DNA of 64,000 nucleotides from a virus. Where the stretch lies: IMG/VR virus record IMGVR_UViG_3300002144_000477, positions 32,001 through 96,000 of that record; one strand, written 5' to 3'. The notes under the pieces were generated by a model. It searched no databases. It saw only the letters and a program-made list of their open reading frames with translations, and was not told where the DNA came from. The first letter of the stretch is position 1. Every line of letters begins with the position of its first letter. Shown piece by piece: positions 1 to 8,976 of this stretch. The translations under genes and the position numbers were made by a program.

Positions 1-1162
1 TAGCATACACTTTTACACTATTGTTATTGCCTGACCCTGTATATAATAGGCGGACTACATCGTTAACTATGTCGGTACTAAACTCTCCTAGCGATGTTAA
101 TGTTGCAACTTCGCCGTATATTGATATAGTCGATTCGGATCCGTTATGCACGACTAATGCCTCAATTACATTATAATTAGTTGCATTGCTAACTGTAATA
201 ATGTACTTGGCAGCCCTATAATCCGATAATGCAAATGTATCCACTGGGCTTGTACTAGTATCAACTTGAGTTGCTAGTGGCATAGAGATTACCGTGCCAC
301 TAACTGCAATATCACCGGTTAATTCAATATTTCCAGATCCGCTAATAGTATTACTGTTTAAGTTTAGATTGCCGCCTAGCTCAGGTGTTAAATCATATAC
401 TAAATCGGTTAAGCCAGTGAGCACACTTGCGCCAACATACCCATTGGTAGTGCTACTACCAAGTGACATTCGCTGTACAGTAACTTTACAACTAACGCTG
501 TCACCAACTGCCGATAATACAATATTACCATCAGTAATCGAAACTGTTGATGTTATTACTTCGTGCGCAGAGTCTGACAAAAGTATACTGTGCTCGCTGT
601 AATTAACAGTAGTCCCATTGGTAACTGCATCAATAACCGACGTACGGTACGTCCCATTTATTAAATCCCTAGCCGATACTATCCATTGGACTGTAGTAAT
701 TCCAGACGCATTAATATAATCAACTTGCACAGGCGAAGTAGCAACACTAACTTCCTTAATATAGATGTTACTATTTTGAATGTTTGAAACAAATGCAAGG
801 GCAGTTGACCCTATAACAATTGGGTCAGGAGTCGTTAGTCGCCATAACTTGGATCCATAGTCTGTCCCTTCTGTTGTAGCTAACATAATACCCGATGTGA
901 TATTTGCATTAGAATTAAAGTCTAACGCTCGCACCCATGTACCGTTATCGCCGGACCCAAGTGAAGATACAAAGTATACTCCGTTTTCGCTTGCATCTGC
1001 TTGCCCAACTGCTAATACTCTGTCGCCAACTTGAAGGTTAACATAATCAACTGTTGCAGGAGCTCCGCCAGACATAGTAATGTTCGTAGATTGTACTACA
1101 CGACAACTGTTTTTAAAGTCAGAGTCTTGAAGCTGGTTTAAGCGTGGTCTGGTTAATCCCAT
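1..1162 (-). CDS. Virion fibre/appendage structural protein (3' end runs off the window)
   Basis: Not in the ORF track because it is truncated. ATG at 1162 reads MGLTRPRLNQLQDSDFKNSCRVV...GDRVLAVGQADASENGVY...WVRA, open to the window edge. Shares DLTPELGGNL and RAAKYIITV...EALVVHNG modules with neighbouring fibre genes. Late promoter lies 24 nt upstream. Confidence 0.8.
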   Translation of the reverse strand, partial: MGLTRPRLNQLQDSDFKNSCRVVQSTNITMSGGAPATVDYVNLQVGDRVLAVGQADASENGVYFVSSLGSGDNGTWVRALDFNSNANITSGIMLATTEGTDYGSKLWRLTTPDPIVIGSTALAFVSNIQNSNIYIKEVSVATSPVQVDYINASGITTVQWIVSARDLINGTYRTSVIDAVTNGTTVNYSEHSILLSDSAHEVITSTVSITDGNIVLSAVGDSVSCKVTVQRMSLGSSTTNGYVGASVLTGLTDLVYDLTPELGGNLNLNSNTISGSGNIELTGDIAVSGTVISMPLATQVDTSTSPVDTFALSDYRAAKYIITVSNATNYNVIEALVVHNGSESTISIYGEVATLTSLGEFSTDIVNDVVRLLYTGSGNNNSVKVYA

Positions 1163-1185
1163 TTGTTAAATTCCCTAGTATAGCA

Positions 1186-1192
1186 TATTTAT
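1186..1192 (-). promoter_or_regulatory. T4-type late (gp55-dependent) promoter GATAAATA
   Basis: Variant of T4 late consensus TATAAATA immediately upstream of a structural gene; the motif recurs upstream of most structural units. Confidence 0.7.
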
Positions 1193-1307
1193 CCCAGAGT
1201 TGATTTAAGTTCCGGTGGTAGAGTATTATACAGTTCCACTAGTTGGGCTGTATCAAATTTTTCTAATGTAGGTATACTAGTAAAATCCCACGAAAGTATT
1301 TACTCGT

Positions 1308-1334
1308 AAAAAAAGCACCCGAAGGTGCTTTTTT
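1308..1334 (-). terminator. Rho-independent terminator with C(UUCG)G loop
   Basis: Minus strand AAAAAAGCACC-TTCG-GGTGCTTTTTTT just after the stop of 1352..3082. Confidence 0.9.
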
Positions 1335-1351
1335 AGGTAGGTGTTAATTAA

Positions 1352-3082
1352 TTAACGACCAACTGCTACTTCGATTACGCCATTTTGGCCATCAAAGTTT
1401 GCAAGTGCCTTACCAATAACCATTCCGGCTTTCGGCTCGCTTGGTGCTCTCATTGCGTGTCCGTTAGGACCAGCAATCATAAGATCACCCTTACGTACTG
1501 GACCAGATACTTTACATGGTACACGACCAGTAAATGCAACTGCCATTACGGTTGCACCTTTTAAACCAGTGTTCATTAAGAATCCTGGAGCTGTTGAAAT
1601 TACACCAGCAATACGTGTTGAGCCACTGGCAGCAACAGTAATTTCTTCTGCACCACCAAACTCAACTACGGTACCTGCTTCGTAGACTCTATCACCAACA
1701 TAGTTTTCTGCCAAGTCAGCATAACGTGCATTAGTTGCTGTACCAGTCATTACGCCAGCACTGAAGTTGCCACTAGCATCACGGAATACTATTGTACTTC
1801 CGGTGTTAGCACTAGTAGCGTTTGATGTCACAGTAAATGTGCCACTATCTGCAGAACCACTGATACCGCTACCGGAAGTAGCGCCGGCAGTTAGTTTGCC
1901 GTCAAGTTCGGCTTGCAGACCATCGATGTTAGCAATAGTGTGGTTGTGTGAGTCGTCTGCAATTGTTGCTGTCAATGTTACGTTAGCACTTCCATCAACA
2001 CTTACAGAACCACTTAGATCACCACCTAGTGTAATTGTACGAGCTGTAGACCACTGGTTAGCATTCTGAACTGTTGTGATTGCTCCAATTGCCGCTGACA
2101 ATTCAGCATCAGTTGCCATTGCATCTTGAATTTCCTTCAAAGTGTCAAAGGCTGCACTTGCACCATTGGTTAGGTCGCTAATACTAGTACTGATTGCTGA
2201 ATCAACATAAGACTTAGCAACGATAGTACCGTACGCGGCGCCATCTGTTGTAAATTCCCAAACGTCATTGGCTTCATTCCAACGCACCTGTACTGCGGCT
2301 TCATCGCCACGAACAACACGGAAACCAGCATTTTCAGTCGGTGTACCAGTTGTAAAGTTACTGTTCAAGTCAATGATGTTATCAGCTAGGCTAATTGTTT
2401 CACTGTTGATAGTAGTTACTGTTCCAGCAATAGTTAAATCACCGCCAACACGTAATGCGCCAGTGACGTTAACATAACCCGATCCGTTAGCAGATAAGTT
2501 TAAGTTGCTGTTTGTTGTTTTAGAAATAATAGAATCAGTTGTTACACCAACTGCAACAGCAACTGGGTTGCCTGCGCTGTTAGTAATGTTAGTACCATCC
2601 TGAATCTGGAATGTACCTTTTGCAAGGATAACACCTGATCCTGTTGGATCTAATTCTAAGTTACCCGAACCGGATGTCTGAAACACTAGGTTTTGATTTG
2701 CATCTGCTGAAACAACGATGTTACCAGAATCTTCTTGAAGAACTTTCTGACCGTTAACATACAAAGAACCGGACGATACGAAAACGTCCTTCCATGCAAA
2801 TGAAGGGCTACCCAATGAGTAACCAGTTGTACCGTCGGAGTTAATCGTTGGAATGATACCGTCTGCGGTAATATTAAAAATTGTACTGCCGTCAATTGTT
2901 ACTGAGACATCGCTGCCGGAACCAGTATCAGTTAGTGCAATACTTGTATCGTTTTTAGCGATACTTGCTGTGCTTAGGTTACCACTAATGGTACCTGTTG
3001 TTGTTATGTTACCAGTTGCGGCATCAATTTCTAATGCACCAACTGTAAGACCATTTTTTACTACAAAATTGCTGTTTGCCAT
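1352..3082 (-). CDS. Fibre protein with C-terminal intramolecular-chaperone (Peptidase_G2-like) domain, 576 aa
   Basis: Thr/Gly/Ser-rich fibre modules; C-terminal ARYADLAENY...GVISTAPGFLMN...GRVPCKV...KGDL...IGKAL motif. Confidence 0.75.
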   Translation of the reverse strand: MANSNFVVKNGLTVGALEIDAATGNITTTGTISGNLSTASIAKNDTSIALTDTGSGSDVSVTIDGSTIFNITADGIIPTINSDGTTGYSLGSPSFAWKDVFVSSGSLYVNGQKVLQEDSGNIVVSADANQNLVFQTSGSGNLELDPTGSGVILAKGTFQIQDGTNITNSAGNPVAVAVGVTTDSIISKTTNSNLNLSANGSGYVNVTGALRVGGDLTIAGTVTTINSETISLADNIIDLNSNFTTGTPTENAGFRVVRGDEAAVQVRWNEANDVWEFTTDGAAYGTIVAKSYVDSAISTSISDLTNGASAAFDTLKEIQDAMATDAELSAAIGAITTVQNANQWSTARTITLGGDLSGSVSVDGSANVTLTATIADDSHNHTIANIDGLQAELDGKLTAGATSGSGISGSADSGTFTVTSNATSANTGSTIVFRDASGNFSAGVMTGTATNARYADLAENYVGDRVYEAGTVVEFGGAEEITVAASGSTRIAGVISTAPGFLMNTGLKGATVMAVAFTGRVPCKVSGPVRKGDLMIAGPNGHAMRAPSEPKAGMVIGKALANFDGQNGVIEVAVGR

Positions 3083-3110
3083 AGTTCATTCTCCCTATGT
3101 AAGGCATTGT

Positions 3111-3135
3111 GTGACTGGGCATTATGCCCAGTCAC
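3111..3135. repeat. Perfect intergenic inverted repeat GTGACTGGGCAT-T-ATGCCCAGTCAC
   Basis: 12-bp arms, no U-tract, between two co-oriented fibre genes. Confidence 0.85.
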
Positions 3136-3145
3136 TGTTTCTAAA

Positions 3146-6100
3146 TTACACTGCGATGTACTGTTTTGCTACACGCACTGTTGCTGATCCGCTTGCTGGC
3201 TCTGCTTGTACAAGCACATTGGAACCACTCATTGTTGCTGAGTATTCCATGAACTCGCCGTTCGTAGCAGTTTGACCGTAAACGGTTACCGTTGCTGTTG
3301 TACCATCATGTATTACCAACAATTCAGCTACTTCGTAGTCTGTACCGTTAGTTGATTGTACCACTAGTTTAGCACTACGGATTGCGTTTCCGTCAATTGT
3401 TACAAGAGTCGATGGAGCACCAGCTGCTATAACTACGCCGGCCTTGTTCTCAACTAATGCACCATCTGTATTCCAGTATGATGTAATAGTACCAGCACTT
3501 GTACCAGTGTAGATGTTAATAGCACCGTTAACTGGCTCCAACTTCATAACACCGTTGCCACTAGCAACACCACTCAATGAGCTAGTTGTTACTAAGATTC
3601 TAACGTCAATAACGTCGCCTGTTGCAGGTGCTTCAGTGAACGTGAGTGTTGTGCTACTTACAGAGTAAGCACTTGTTGGTAATTGAACAACACCGTTAAT
3701 ACTTACAACTACGCCGGCTGTAGTAGCGTCTTGGCTTAATGTAAATGCTACAGTTGAATTATCACCGCTGAAACTGTCTGCTGTAATTAGAGTAAAGTCG
3801 CCTGCTAGGTTCTTCCACTCTGCACCAGTGTAAATTTCAGCAGAACCAACTGTACTGTTGTAACGTAGCATACCTTGTTCAGGAGCAGCCGGACGCTGTG
3901 CATTTGAACCAGATGGAATCATTATCGAATCTGTACCAATAACTTTCAATCTTGCTTCAGTTGTTAAGTCACCTGATGTGCCGTCACCACCAATGATCAC
4001 TTGGTCGTATGTTGCACTTGCTACTACACGGAATAGACCGTCTAATGATGCACCTAATGTAGTTAGGTAGTTACCTGCTGTGTTGTCTGGGTTTACTGTT
4101 ACTGCGGTAAATGTTGCAGTATCAGGAGCGTTAGCACCAATAACACCGTCTAAGTCACCAGTTACATTACCAGTTACATCACCAGTTAAGTCGCCGGTTA
4201 CGTTACCTGTTACGTTACCTGTTAGGTCACCAGTTACATCACCTGTTACGTTACCTGTTACGTTACCTGTTAGGTCACCAGTTACATCACCTGTTACATC
4301 GCCAGTTACATTACCAGTTACGTTACCTGTTAGATCGCCGGTTACATCACCTGTTAGGTCACCAGTTACATTACCTGTAACATTGCCTGTTAGGTCACCA
4401 GTTACATTACCTGTTACGTTACCAGTGTGGATACCTGTACTGTTACCAGTTAAGTTACCAGTTACATTACCAGTTACTGCACCTATTAAGTCACCAGTAA
4501 AGCCACCGCTTGCTGTTACTGTTGTACCTGCTACTGCACCAGTTAAGTCGCCAGTTACATTACCAGTTACATTACCTACAACATTGCCAGTATGTAGACC
4601 TGTGCTATTACCAGTTAAGTTACCAGTTACGTTACCAGTTAGTGCGCCAGTAAAGCCACCGCTTGCGGATACTGTTGTACCTGCTACTGCACCAGTGTGT
4701 AGGCCTGTACTGTCACCAGTTAGATCGCCTGTTACATCACCTACAACATTACCTGTTACGTTACCTGTTACGTTACCAGTTACGTTACCAGTGTGTACAC
4801 CTGTACTGTTACCAGTTAAGTCACCAGTTACATTACCTGTTACGTTACCTGTTAGGTCACCAGTTACATCACCAGTTACATCACCAGTTACATTTCCTGT
4901 TAGTGCGCCTGTAAAGCCACCGCTTGCTGAAACTGTTGTACCTACAACTGAACCAGTGTGGATACCTGTACTGTTACCAGTTAGGTCGCCAGTAAATCCT
5001 GCTGAGGTTATACTTGTTAATCCTGCAAATGTTGTTACCGCAGTACCTAGCACAACATCGGTTGTACCAATTGTAACTTTGCTGTTAATTAGCTTGGCAT
5101 TAGCAATTGAACCTGCTAACATTGTGTTGGTTACTGTACCAGCGTCTGTTGTATAAACACCATTGGTAACTGTACCAGCGTTGCCAGTTACGTTACCAGT
5201 TACATCACCAGTTAAATCACCAACTACGTCACCTGTTACGTCACCTGTCAAATCGCCAGTTACGTTACCTGTTACATTACCAGTTACGTTACCAGTTACA
5301 TCACCAGTTAGGTCGCCTGTTACGTTAGCGTAAACTTCTTTATTGAAGTCCCAACTATCAGTGCCTGAAGCGTAAGTAATTGTAGCGCCTGCACCATCAA
5401 CTGTTAAACCAGCACCATTAGCTGCGGTTGCATCGGCTGCACCTTTAGCAACAGTAATGTTGATGTCTGCAATATCAACTGTGTTAGAGTTAATTGCGGT
5501 TAATGTACCGTTAACTGTTAAGTCACCACCAACAGTTAAGTCACCAACTGTAGTTACGTCTGTTGGTAAACCAATTGTAACTGTATTGTCAGTAACGACG
5601 ACTGTTGTTTCGCCTGCTGTACCAGCAAACGTTACTGTATCAGTAGCTAGGTTAACAACATCGGTAGTAGTACCGTCTGTCATTGTCATTGTACTAGAAA
5701 CACTTACCTGACTAGCACTAGTGATACGACCTTTTGCATCTACTGTAATAGCGGCTGCGTGTGTTGAGTCACCGTATGTACCTGGAGTAACACCAGATGT
5801 AGCTAATGTCAATGCTAAGTCAACTGCGCCAGTACCATCGAATGATACGGCAGCGGCTGTTGCGTCACCGGAAGCGCTAAAGTTTTGTGCTGTGGCTAGT
5901 GCTGTTGCTGTATCGGCATTACCAGTTACATCACCAGTTAAATCACCAGTTACATCACCAGTTACATCGCCAGTTACGTTACCTGTTAAGTCGCCTGTGA
6001 AGCCAGCACTTGCTGATACTGACGCACCAACAACGTTACCTGTTAGGTCACCAGTTACATTACCTGTTAGGTCGCCAGTTACATCGCCAGTTACATCACC

Positions 6101-7363
6101 AGTTAGGTCGCCTGTTACATTACCTGTTAGGTTGCCTGTTACATTACCTGTTACGTTACCAACAACGTTACCAGTTAGATCACCTGTTACATCGCCAGTT
6201 ACATTACCAGTTACGTTACCAGTTAGAGCACCAACTACGTCACCAGTTAAATCGCCAACTACGTCACCAGTTACATTACCAGTTAAGTCGCCAGTTACGT
6301 TACCAGTTACATCACCAGTTAAGTCGCCAGTTACGTTACCTGTAACATTGCCTGTAACATTGCCTGTTACTGCACCTATTAGGTCGCCAGTGAAGCCACC
6401 GCTTGCTGATACTGTTGTACCTGTTACTGCACCGGTTAAGTTGCCTGTAACATTACCTGTTACGTTACCTGTAACATTACCTGTTACATCGCCTGTTAGG
6501 TCGCCAGTTACATCGCCAGTTACATCACCAGTTAGTGCGCCAGTTACATTACCTGTAACATTGCCTGTTACGTTACCGGTCAAGTCGCCAGTTACATCGC
6601 CTGTTACATCACCAGTTAGTGCGCCAGTTACATTACCTGTAACATTGCCTGTTACATTACCTGTTAAATCACCAGTTACATCGCCTGTTACGTCGCCTGT
6701 AACATTGCCTGTTACATTACCTGTTAAATCACCAGTTACATCGCCTGTTACGTCGCCGGTAACTGCACCTGTGAATACTGCGTCTGAACCATCTGTGCCG
6801 GCTGCTAGTACTAAAGAAGTACCATTGCTTGCATAAACATCACCAGTTAAGTCACCGATGAACATGCCTGCAGAAATAGTTGAGCCTGCGCCGCCCGAAA
6901 TTCCACTGTTGTCAATTGACAATGTACCAAAATCAATAGAAGTTGCTGCAATGTCGGCTGCATGGAATCTTGCATAAGATGTAATCCCAACTGCTCCAGT
7001 TGTGTTACCTGTCTCAGAAGTTGTAATTACTGCGAATTCTCCGAGACTTTCGTCCCAAATAACCGCGGTGTTTACGTTTGCGCCATCTAGTGCCGCAAGG
7101 TTTCGGTTTACAAGAATACCAATGTCATAAGTTGGTGTTCCGGTATAGCCGTTGTTAAATACCACTAACGGATCGTTAATGTATGTGTTAGTACTTTGTA
7201 CAGTACTAGTTGTACCAGAAATAGACAAATTACCACTGATTGTAACGTTACTACTTAAAGTCAAGTCTGCGGCGAACAAACTTCCTGTAAGAGTACCGGA
7301 TGCAATCTTTTGCGCGGTAATTGTACTGTCTGTAATCTGGTTATTCTTAATTCTTGTAGTCAT
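3146..7363 (-). CDS. Long fibre protein with G-[ND]-[VL]-T tetrapeptide arrays, about 1405 aa
   Basis: Start re-assigned from 7390 to ATG 7363 (MTTRIKNNQI, AGGA upstream). Three T-G-N/D-V/L arrays, an Ig-like VVVSINGVVQ...FTEAP module, and a C-terminal RSAKLVVQ...ELLVIHDG module. Confidence 0.8.
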   Translation of the reverse strand: MTTRIKNNQITDSTITAQKIASGTLTGSLFAADLTLSSNVTISGNLSISGTTSTVQSTNTYINDPLVVFNNGYTGTPTYDIGILVNRNLAALDGANVNTAVIWDESLGEFAVITTSETGNTTGAVGITSYARFHAADIAATSIDFGTLSIDNSGISGGAGSTISAGMFIGDLTGDVYASNGTSLVLAAGTDGSDAVFTGAVTGDVTGDVTGDLTGNVTGNVTGDVTGDVTGDLTGNVTGNVTGNVTGALTGDVTGDVTGDLTGNVTGNVTGNVTGALTGDVTGDVTGDLTGDVTGNVTGNVTGNVTGNLTGAVTGTTVSASGGFTGDLIGAVTGNVTGNVTGNVTGDLTGDVTGNVTGDLTGNVTGDVVGDLTGDVVGALTGNVTGNVTGDVTGDLTGNVVGNVTGNVTGNLTGNVTGDLTGDVTGDVTGDLTGNVTGDLTGNVVGASVSASAGFTGDLTGNVTGDVTGDVTGDLTGDVTGNADTATALATAQNFSASGDATAAAVSFDGTGAVDLALTLATSGVTPGTYGDSTHAAAITVDAKGRITSASQVSVSSTMTMTDGTTTDVVNLATDTVTFAGTAGETTVVVTDNTVTIGLPTDVTTVGDLTVGGDLTVNGTLTAINSNTVDIADINITVAKGAADATAANGAGLTVDGAGATITYASGTDSWDFNKEVYANVTGDLTGDVTGNVTGNVTGNVTGDLTGDVTGDVVGDLTGDVTGNVTGNAGTVTNGVYTTDAGTVTNTMLAGSIANAKLINSKVTIGTTDVVLGTAVTTFAGLTSITSAGFTGDLTGNSTGIHTGSVVGTTVSASGGFTGALTGNVTGDVTGDVTGDLTGNVTGNVTGDLTGNSTGVHTGNVTGNVTGNVTGNVVGDVTGDLTGDSTGLHTGAVAGTTVSASGGFTGALTGNVTGNLTGNSTGLHTGNVVGNVTGNVTGDLTGAVAGTTVTASGGFTGDLIGAVTGNVTGNLTGNSTGIHTGNVTGNVTGDLTGNVTGNVTGDLTGDVTGDLTGNVTGNVTGDVTGDVTGDLTGNVTGNVTGDVTGDLTGNVTGNVTGDLTGDVTGNVTGDLDGVIGANAPDTATFTAVTVNPDNTAGNYLTTLGASLDGLFRVVASATYDQVIIGGDGTSGDLTTEARLKVIGTDSIMIPSGSNAQRPAAPEQGMLRYNSTVGSAEIYTGAEWKNLAGDFTLITADSFSGDNSTVAFTLSQDATTAGVVVSINGVVQLPTSAYSVSSTTLTFTEAPATGDVIDVRILVTTSSLSGVASGNGVMKLEPVNGAINIYTGTSAGTITSYWNTDGALVENKAGVVIAAGAPSTLVTIDGNAIRSAKLVVQSTNGTDYEVAELLVIHDGTTATVTVYGQTATNGEFMEYSATMSGSNVLVQAEPASGSATVRVAKQYIAV
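4150..5330 (-). repeat. 12-bp-period coding tandem repeat arrays (TGNV/TGDL/TGDV), distal blocks
   Basis: Repeated ACCAGTTACATT / ACCTGTTACGTT units, interrupted by a non-repetitive spacer at about 5000-5180; coordinates approximate. Confidence 0.9.
5915..6775 (-). repeat. 12-bp-period coding tandem repeat array (TGNV/TGDL/TGDV), proximal block
   Basis: Same degenerate 12-mer repeated nearly uninterrupted; coordinates approximate. Confidence 0.9.
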
Positions 7364-7428
7364 ATTGGTCCTGGTTCCTAAAAATAACAAACGAGAAAGG
7401 AGTAAATAAATAAACCTCTACATAATGT

Positions 7429-7435
7429 TATTTAT
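7429..7435 (-). promoter_or_regulatory. Late promoter GATAAATA
   Basis: Upstream of the 1405-aa fibre gene. Confidence 0.65.
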
Positions 7436-7559
7436 CGCAGTCGTAGGTAAACACTTCGGGTGAGCCCATTTTCCGAAGTGGTACAAATGTGTGCGGGAGG
7501 TTGTCTAATCCAGTTAGACGACTAAGAAATTTAAATAATAAACTATATATGCTACAGTT

Positions 7560-7566
7560 TATTTAT
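7560..7566 (-). promoter_or_regulatory. Late promoter GATAAATA (second, upstream copy)
   Basis: Identical CGATAAATAA context to the 7429 copy. Confidence 0.6.
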
Positions 7567-7569
7567 CGT

Positions 7570-8976
7570 TTACGGCACTAAGCTAGGACTATTGTGTGAA
7601 TACCAATTAGATCCGTTGTGTATGTACAATACTCCTGTATCGCTAACCCAATAATCACCTCGTGTAGCAGGAGTAGCTGATGTGGGCGCTACTACTAGGT
7701 CACTCCGAAACTTATTTTCTTTAAGAGTATTTGCTGATAAGAATCTTATATCAATTATATCAGTTGTCAGCGGCGCTTCGTTAAACGAAATATCAGTACC
7801 AGATACAGTGTATCTACCTACGTGCTGTAACACACCGTTTATTGTTACCATTACTGTTTCGTCAGCGGCAGGTTGATCTAATGTATAGGTTGCTGACTCT
7901 CCATCAGGCACAATTGCCTGACTTGCAACACTACTTTCAGTAACTGCTACCCATGTACTATTATTAAAGTACTCAAGCACGTTATTAGTTGTATTATACC
8001 GTGTTTGGCCAGCAACAGGTGTAACCGGTCTTTCGTCATTTGTACCTTTTGCTAATAATACCGCACTAGTTGTTTCTAGTGTTAATGTTTCGTTTGCAAT
8101 AGCTGGAGCTATACCAGTTGTTGTAATTGTTAAAACACCAACACTATTCACTGTTAGCTGCAACTCTGCTGCGGTTGCAATTATTGATGTATTATCTTTA
8201 ACAATTCTGTCATCGTCGAAGTTTATAAAGTATTGATCTACATAATTCTTAGTGGCAGCGTCTTGTAAGTCAACAGGGTCAGCTAAGTTAATAAGCAACG
8301 AACCACTTGCATCAATACTACCTGTACCATTTGGGTTTATTGTAACATTTTCATTATTATCTGTTACAATACTAAATCCGGTTACATTAAGATTACCACC
8401 AAGGGTCGGTGCTGGATCTTCTACTAGATATCCGCCAACACCTAATTTAGCAATGTATCTTGCACCCGACACGTAAATGCTCTTACCAGTAAACTCAGCA
8501 GATAGCGATGTTGGTAGATTATCACCAATAAAATGTAATATACCACTTTGGTAATCAAAGAACCATTCGTCATTATTTCCACTACCAGCTGCAAATAGCT
8601 GTACCCCTGTCGATTCCGGCGAGGTTGATCCTATGTCGTCAATGTATACTTTAACCAGATATGTTGCTCCAAATTCGGGCGGAATCCAATCTGTTAGTTG
8701 CGTAATCCAGGTACGGTTGTCGGATGATGTGATATCTTCTGTACACTCAACTGTGTTCCCATTTGCATCGTCGTATAATCTAATCACTGATGCTACCGCA
8801 GTTTTAACCGCTGGGATTAATTCGGCATACTGCCAAACTTTGTCTGAGCGCAATAATAGCGGCGAACTTATACTTTCGTTGAATGCTCGTTTAAATGCAA
8901 TAGAGTCAGTCTTAGTTACACCGTAACCGAGCTTCTTCCATAAGTAATCAACTTTTTGCGAATCTTGAATTGCCAT
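7570..8976 (-). CDS. Virion structural protein, 468 aa
   Basis: DAATKNYVD fibre motif, PTLGGNL motif, RYN...EYFN..W module and Ig-like VTINGVLQ...FNEAP module; start overlaps upstream stop. Confidence 0.7.
   Translation of the reverse strand: MAIQDSQKVDYLWKKLGYGVTKTDSIAFKRAFNESISSPLLLRSDKVWQYAELIPAVKTAVASVIRLYDDANGNTVECTEDITSSDNRTWITQLTDWIPPEFGATYLVKVYIDDIGSTSPESTGVQLFAAGSGNNDEWFFDYQSGILHFIGDNLPTSLSAEFTGKSIYVSGARYIAKLGVGGYLVEDPAPTLGGNLNVTGFSIVTDNNENVTINPNGTGSIDASGSLLINLADPVDLQDAATKNYVDQYFINFDDDRIVKDNTSIIATAAELQLTVNSVGVLTITTTGIAPAIANETLTLETTSAVLLAKGTNDERPVTPVAGQTRYNTTNNVLEYFNNSTWVAVTESSVASQAIVPDGESATYTLDQPAADETVMVTINGVLQHVGRYTVSGTDISFNEAPLTTDIIDIRFLSANTLKENKFRSDLVVAPTSATPATRGDYWVSDTGVLYIHNGSNWYSHNSPSLVP

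Noticed and set aside
294-602. Plus-strand 102-aa ORF and the other short opposite-strand ORFs in the track
   Set aside because: They lie antisense or out-of-frame within well-supported genes
1222-1256. Minus-strand sigma70 promoter TTGATA...TATAAT
   Set aside because: Spacer is 20 bp, outside the normal range
4150-6775. Repeat arrays as CRISPR or other non-coding array
   Set aside because: 12-bp in-frame coding period with no unique spacers and no cas genes
4080-6836. Long plus-strand ORFs 4080..5156 and 5721..6836 (PVTLPVTS repeats)
   Set aside because: Antisense shadows of the tetrapeptide repeat gene; no RBS or promoter
7445-7525. c-di-GMP-I riboswitch resemblance (GGTAAAC...stem...CAAA) on the plus strand
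   Set aside because: Lacks the GNRA loop/receptor and second-stem consensus, and is antisense to flanking genes
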